From Candidatus Rokuibacteriota bacterium (GTDB lineage: Bacteria; JAUVQV01; DATDCY01), in the NCBI GenBank assembly GCA_031406795.1, contig JANOHV010000271.1, forward strand, positions 1 through 43,045: a stretch of DNA of 43,045 nucleotides, read 5' to 3'. Each line of letters starts with the position of its first letter. Position 1 is the first letter of the stretch. Both the position numbers and the translations under genes were made by a program. Below, piece by piece: positions 38,410 through 43,045 of this stretch. The notes under the pieces were generated by a model that had not been told where the DNA came from, ran no database searches, and was given only the letters and a program-made list of their open reading frames with translations.

Positions 38410-39150
38410 TCAATCCGGGAGCGCCAGCCGCGGCTGCGGCTCGCCGGGGGCCCAGCCGCGGTAGGCCGCTCGGACGTCGCGCAGCCGCCCGCAGGCCAGC
38501 TTGCCCTCGGAACAGGCTCCCGCGATGCACGCAGGACCGCACCTTTCGAACAGCACCGGGGCCGCGTCCCGGGCCAGACCGAGCATCCGCTCGGCGAGAC
38601 CGCGGATCTCCCACTGCGCCCTCAGGCAGCAGCGCAGCGCGAAGAAGTGGCGCAACTCGCGGGCGTTCATCGTGACGATGAGGCGGGTCGCCGCCGCGTT
38701 GGGGAGCACGAAACGCGCGTCCTCGGCGGGAACCCCGGCCGCCAGCAGCTCGCGATACCGACGGCCGGCATCCCGCATCGCCCGGGCAAACGTCCGCGAG
38801 AGTTCCGGCCGCGCGGCGATGGACGGCGGGACCACGTGTTCGAAATCCGCACCCGCGGCGACGTAGCGCTGGCTCTGCTGGGAATAGGAGGCGACGCGGT
38901 GCCGCACGAGCTGGTGACTCGCCGCACGAGAGAGACCCTCGACGCCGAAGCTGAACACTGCGTGTTCGAGGACCGAGAGATGCCCGAGGCCGAGAATGCG
39001 GCGGATCAGCACCGCCGCCCCGGCCGCGTCGGCCCCGCGTTCGAGATCGTCGATGCCGTCCGGCGAATAGCAGAGCCGGGCCGCCAGGGCCACAGCAAGC
39101 TCGGGTTCGGCGGTCCGGCGCAACAGGGAAACGCGCACGCGACCGTTCAT
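38410..39150 (-). CDS. thyX: FAD-dependent thymidylate synthase
   Basis: GHLSVLEH, QLVRHRVASYSQQSQRY, EDARFVLP, AQWEIR. Confidence 0.96.
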   Translation of the reverse strand: MNGRVRVSLLRRTAEPELAVALAARLCYSPDGIDDLERGADAAGAAVLIRRILGLGHLSVLEHAVFSFGVEGLSRAASHQLVRHRVASYSQQSQRYVAAGADFEHVVPPSIAARPELSRTFARAMRDAGRRYRELLAAGVPAEDARFVLPNAAATRLIVTMNARELRHFFALRCCLRAQWEIRGLAERMLGLARDAAPVLFERCGPACIAGACSEGKLACGRLRDVRAAYRGWAPGEPQPRLALPD

Positions 39151-39184
39151 TGGGTAATCCGGCGTCGGGAGAAACCCGACAGGA

Positions 39185-39400
39185 CTAGGCCTTGGCCGCT
39201 TCTTTCTGCCCGTACTTCTTGCGGAAGCGCTCGACACGGCCGGCGGCATCGATGAGCTTCTGCTTGCCGGTGAAGAAGGGATGGCATTTCGAGCAGATGT
39301 CGACCTTGTAGCTCGGTTTCGTCGAACGCGTATGAATGACCTCACCGCAGGCGCAGGTGATCGTGATCGCGTCGTAATCGGGGTGTATGCCCTCTTTCAT
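39185..39400 (-). CDS. rpmE: 50S ribosomal protein L31 (Zn-ribbon type)
   Basis: [26 protein letters not shown]. Confidence 0.97.
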   Translation of the reverse strand: MKEGIHPDYDAITITCACGEVIHTRSTKPSYKVDICSKCHPFFTGKQKLIDAAGRVERFRKKYGQKEAAKA

Positions 39401-39443
39401 CTCTTCGGCCTCCTCGCCCTTGAAGCTTGTGTAAAGAGTGTGG

Positions 39444-39509
39444 AAGATACCCGCTCGATCGCGGAAAGTCAAGCAGTGGTGGAAAAATCCCGTCGCGGGG
39501 TGCTATAGT
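39444..39509. promoter_or_regulatory. Divergent promoters (rpmE operon / hypothetical gene)
   Basis: Minus: TTGACT (39472-39467), 17 nt, TATCTT. Plus: extended -10 TGcTATAGT (39501-39509). Confidence 0.6.
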
Positions 39510-39570
39510 CCGACGACGGGTTTCGACAGGACTTTGGCAGGGGCCGCAGCCGTTCGGAGGTCGATTCGGT

Positions 39571-40848
39571 GTGCTTGAGAAGTTGATCCGCCGCGCGACC
39601 GCCCTGCTGATCGGCATCCTCGCGCTCGGCGCGTCCGCAGGTGCTTCCCGCGGCGCCGAAACCGGCTCCGGGGCCGCGCCGCCGGAGATCGAACTGCGGA
39701 AATCGTTCAGATCTCTCCGCCGCGTCGGGCAGCAGCTCTCCGGCGGGGGGCGGGAAAACCGCGCGGGAGTCGACCCGGGCACTCCGGCCGGCCAGCCAGG
39801 GGTGGATCCGCCGCGCCTCGGGGGAGTTGCGGATGCCCTCGGGGAGCAGCTCCAGTCCTCGGGCACGCTCCATCTGCCGGACGTCGGCGGAGGGGGGATC
39901 GTGCTCCAGGCAGCAAACACGCCGATTCTGGAAACGGTCACCGGACGCCATCTGATCCTCGACCGCGACCGGACCATCGCCGCGGACGTCGTCGAGGGTA
40001 TCAGCCGCCGCTGGCCGGGCTTCTTGGTCGTCCAACCCCCCGCCGGCGCGGGGCTGCAGACCATCATCGACACGCTGCTCGACGCGGCCGGTTACGACGC
40101 GGTTCTGCGCGACGCGCCGCTGACCTTCGGTCGGGGAATAACCCTGCGGATCACGCCCGACTTCATCGTGCTGCGAAGCGATCGCGACCTGCTCGCCGGC
40201 GAGACGCGGGCGATCTCGGTGGTCGAACCGGCCGAGGTTCTCCCCCCCGAACTGAGGGAACTGGCCGGACAGCACCGCGTGCGGATCGTCGAACTGACCG
40301 CCGCCGGCGAACCCGCCGGCAGCGAGCAGGCCCCCTGGCGCGACTCCGCCGGCCGCGTCACCACGGTGGAAGCCACCCGCGCCGCGCCGGTCATCGAGGA
40401 GATCGCCCTCGCGCTGGGCTGCACGGTCGAGCGCCGCGTGCCGTTTCCCGCAACCGCCGAGGCGCCCGCACGCACCGCCGATCTCGGGATCGGCCGCGAC
40501 GCGAAAACGCACTACGTCTTCGCGCGGGCGGACCCCGGCAACCGGGAGAGCGCGGGCGACAGCCGCGAGGCGGCGATCACGGTGAAATCCGCAGCCGCAC
40601 TTCCGGAGGCGATCGGCACGCTCATCGAACGCCTCGGCCTGACGGCGATCGGTCCTGCGGTGGAGTTCTATCGCGCGGCGAAGCCTGGCGCCAGGCGGCG
40701 GTTCGTCATCGGCGTGCCGGGCTGGCTGGTCGAATCCGGCGGCCGGCGGCTCCTGATCACCGACGTCGCGCCGCCGCCCCTGGTGCGTCTCTACCTGACC
40801 CGCGAAGGGATCGACCTCTTCGAATACCGGATCCGCGACGGCCGCTGA
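39571..40848 (+). CDS. Hypothetical exported protein (~425 aa)
   Basis: GGAGG before GTG; signal-like RRATALLIGILALGASAGA; fills the gap between rpmE and the foldase gene. Confidence 0.72.
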   Translation: MLEKLIRRATALLIGILALGASAGASRGAETGSGAAPPEIELRKSFRSLRRVGQQLSGGGRENRAGVDPGTPAGQPGVDPPRLGGVADALGEQLQSSGTLHLPDVGGGGIVLQAANTPILETVTGRHLILDRDRTIAADVVEGISRRWPGFLVVQPPAGAGLQTIIDTLLDAAGYDAVLRDAPLTFGRGITLRITPDFIVLRSDRDLLAGETRAISVVEPAEVLPPELRELAGQHRVRIVELTAAGEPAGSEQAPWRDSAGRVTTVEATRAAPVIEEIALALGCTVERRVPFPATAEAPARTADLGIGRDAKTHYVFARADPGNRESAGDSREAAITVKSAAALPEAIGTLIERLGLTAIGPAVEFYRAAKPGARRRFVIGVPGWLVESGGRRLLITDVAPPPLVRLYLTREGIDLFEYRIRDGR

Positions 40849-40900
40849 ACGGGGCCCAGCCGCCGGCTTGCGACGAGGTGAATTTCCCGCCGTCTGCGGC

Positions 40901-42814
40901 CTACAACTTGCCGACCAGCGCCTCGTTGATCTTCACGGCGCGCAGCCGCCGAAGATCTTCCAGCCAGGCCTCGAAATACTGCTCCCGCTTCGCGCTGCGG
41001 AGCCGGGCGACTACGGTCTGCTTCTCCGCCTGAAAAGCCTCGCGCGTCGCGGGGATCCTGCCGTCGACCCGATAGAGAATGACCCTGCCGTCGGGGGCGG
41101 CCACCGGACCGCCGAAGGACCCGACTTCCAGGGAGAACGCACCCTGGAGGAGTTCGCCCTTGACGCCCGCCTCCGCAACGAAATCCCGCTGCGTGAACAA
41201 GGCGGTTTCCCGCACTTCACCCTTGGTTTTCGCGGCGATGCTCGGGGGCTGTTCGCCCCGGCGCAGTTCCTCGAGCCGCAGCCGGCCTTCGCCGATAAGA
41301 CGCTGGCGCGCCTGCTCGGCCAGCAGCGTCCGCTCCACGTCGCCGCGAGCCTCCTCGAAGGAGGGCACGGCTGCCGGACGCTTGGCCAGCGCCTTGTAGA
41401 CCCAATAGTCGTCTCCCTGGCGCACCGGTTCGCTGACTTCACCCTCCCCGAGGGAGAACATGGACTCGACGACGTCGGGCCGGGCCGCGGGGCCGGGGAG
41501 CGGCCCCTCGCGCGGCACCAGGTCCGTGGTGCCGACGATCATGCCGAATTTCGCCGCCGCCGCCTCCAGATCGCTGGTGGCGAGCGCGTCGTTGAGCGCC
41601 TCGACCCGGTTGGCGACCGCCTCGCGCGCCGCCGCCGCCGCGTACTTGCGGGCCACGTCGGCCTGCGCCTGCTCGAAAGCCGGCGTGCCGGCCTCACGCG
41701 TCTCTTCGACCTTGATGATGTGAAAACCGTATTGGGTCCGCGCCAGATCGCCGACCTGGCCCTTGCTCAACGCGAACGCCGCCTGCTCGAAGGCGGGAAC
41801 CATCTGGCCGGCCAGAATCCACCCGAGATCGCCGCCGGCCGGGCCGGTCGTGTCCTGGGAGAACTCGCGCGCCAGTGCGGCAAAGTCGATCCCGGCGGCC
41901 CGGGCCTTGTCCAGGACGAACTGCGCCCGGTCGCGGATCTTCTTTTCCTCCTCGGGCGGCGCCCCCTCGGCGAGACGAAACAGGATGTGCCGCGCGCGAA
42001 CCGAACGCTCGGTCCTGAACGCAGCGGCATTCTGCTCGAAGTAACTCCGCAGTTCCGCCTCGCTCGCCGGCGCGGCCGCCGCGAAGTCCCTGGCAAGCAC
42101 CGCGGTGTAGGCGAATCGAGCGCGCTCCGGCCGGGTGTACTTCGCCGGGTCGGCGTCGAACACGCGGCGCGCCTCTTCGAGCGAAACGGTCGCACCGGGG
42201 CCGGGGCCGGATGCCGGCAGGATGACCAGCAGGAGCCGCAGCTTCTCCTTCTCGCGGCGGAATTCCTCGAAGGCCTCCGCCTCGGCGATCTGCACGGGTT
42301 CCTGGACGAGGGCCCGGACCTTGCCGGCAAGCAGTTCGCCGCGCACATCCTCCTCGTAGGCCACCGTCTTGACGCCGGACGCGGCTAGCACTTCGCGGTA
42401 CTTCTTCGGATCGAACACGCCATTCTCCTGGAAAGCCGCGGTCTCGCGCACCTTGCTCGCGATCTCCGCGTCCCCGACGACGAGACCCATCCGGCGCGCC
42501 TCGTCGAGCAGGAGTCGCCGCCCGATGGCGGAATCCAGCGCGCCCTTCTTGACGCGGAAGCGCGTTTCGAGTTCATTGGCCGGGATGCCCGGGTAGAAGC
42601 GCCGGTAGAATTCCATCCGGCTGTCATGCGCTCGCAGGTATTCCGCGTACGGGACTTCGGCCGTGCCGACCCAGGCCGCGACCGAGCGCTCCGCATTCCC
42701 TGCACCCGTGTCCCCTCGGCCCCAGACGAGGAAGATGGTGCCGATGAAGACGCCGACGATCAAGATGATGATGACCAGGACAAAAACCGCGTTCCCTCGA
42801 ATGAAGCGCATCAT
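40901..42814 (-). CDS. PpiD/SurA-like membrane-anchored parvulin peptidyl-prolyl isomerase
   Basis: N-terminal TM, SurA-N region (FQENGVFD..Y), VRARHIL, SQD, GGDLGW, MVPAFEQAAF, TQYGFHII. Confidence 0.92.
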   Translation of the reverse strand: MMRFIRGNAVFVLVIIILIVGVFIGTIFLVWGRGDTGAGNAERSVAAWVGTAEVPYAEYLRAHDSRMEFYRRFYPGIPANELETRFRVKKGALDSAIGRRLLLDEARRMGLVVGDAEIASKVRETAAFQENGVFDPKKYREVLAASGVKTVAYEEDVRGELLAGKVRALVQEPVQIAEAEAFEEFRREKEKLRLLLVILPASGPGPGATVSLEEARRVFDADPAKYTRPERARFAYTAVLARDFAAAAPASEAELRSYFEQNAAAFRTERSVRARHILFRLAEGAPPEEEKKIRDRAQFVLDKARAAGIDFAALAREFSQDTTGPAGGDLGWILAGQMVPAFEQAAFALSKGQVGDLARTQYGFHIIKVEETREAGTPAFEQAQADVARKYAAAAAREAVANRVEALNDALATSDLEAAAAKFGMIVGTTDLVPREGPLPGPAARPDVVESMFSLGEGEVSEPVRQGDDYWVYKALAKRPAAVPSFEEARGDVERTLLAEQARQRLIGEGRLRLEELRRGEQPPSIAAKTKGEVRETALFTQRDFVAEAGVKGELLQGAFSLEVGSFGGPVAAPDGRVILYRVDGRIPATREAFQAEKQTVVARLRSAKREQYFEAWLEDLRRLRAVKINEALVGKL

Positions 42815-42867
42815 GGCGCGTTACCCCCCCCTTGCACGTGCCTTCCGACCGTTGAAATCGATCGCGC

Positions 42868-42896
42868 ATCCTACCCCGATTTTCAATCGTATGCAA
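42868..42896 (-). promoter_or_regulatory. Probable promoter of the PpiD-like gene
   Basis: TTGCAT, 17-nt spacer, TAGGAT. Confidence 0.5.
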
Positions 42897-43010
42897 CCAT
42901 CGGATGACGCCCGCAAACGATTCCGCCGGGTTGTTGACAACCCCGCTATGCCATGATACCTATACCGGCGATTTGACGAGCCCTTGCCAGGTTGAGGAGT
43001 TGAAGCGACG

Positions 43011-43045
43011 ATGAAGAAATCAGCAGCTTTGTTCCGCCGGGCTCA
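43011..43045 (+). CDS. hemL: 5' end of a CDS, possibly glutamate-1-semialdehyde aminotransferase (partial)
   Basis: GAGGAG then MKKSAALFRRA, resembling the S..LF.RA start of HemL; only 11 codons visible. Confidence 0.4.
   Translation, partial: MKKSAALFRRA

Overview
A 43-kb, GC-rich, gene-dense chromosomal segment from a Gram-negative bacterium (kdsB and a heptose kinase gene are present). Gene content and order resemble Desulfobacterota/Nitrospirota/Methylomirabilota-type organisms, which is an inference and not a taxonomic call. It is mostly housekeeping: ihfB-ribDE-ribBA-ribH-nusB-(cyclase)-era-recO-DUF502, thiD/M23 peptidase, tRNA-Thr(CGT), galT-RR-lon, a K+ channel, tatBC, trm112-rfaE1-kdsB, pheA-hisC, rpmE-thyX-DUF1385-prfA-prmC-murA-hisD-hisC, a PpiD-like foldase and probably the start of hemL. 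Standout items: (1) a HesB/IscA-like selenoprotein that the ORF caller split at an in-frame UGA, followed by a SECIS-like hairpin; (2) a secreted 20-heme cytochrome c built from ~100-aa repeats, with a G11 homopolymer just after its first heme motif (candidate phase-variation switch) and a motif-dense AT-rich promoter; (3) a 9-heme cytochrome with similar modules in a different order, paired with a HAMP-only membrane protein; (4) a soluble class III adenylyl cyclase with a large unrecognised N-terminal region, translationally coupled to era where rnc usually sits; (5) a GTAG-type REP cluster and a multi-hairpin lon leader. No transposase, integrase, prophage gene or CRISPR array was seen. All calls are by eye from motifs; no searches were run.
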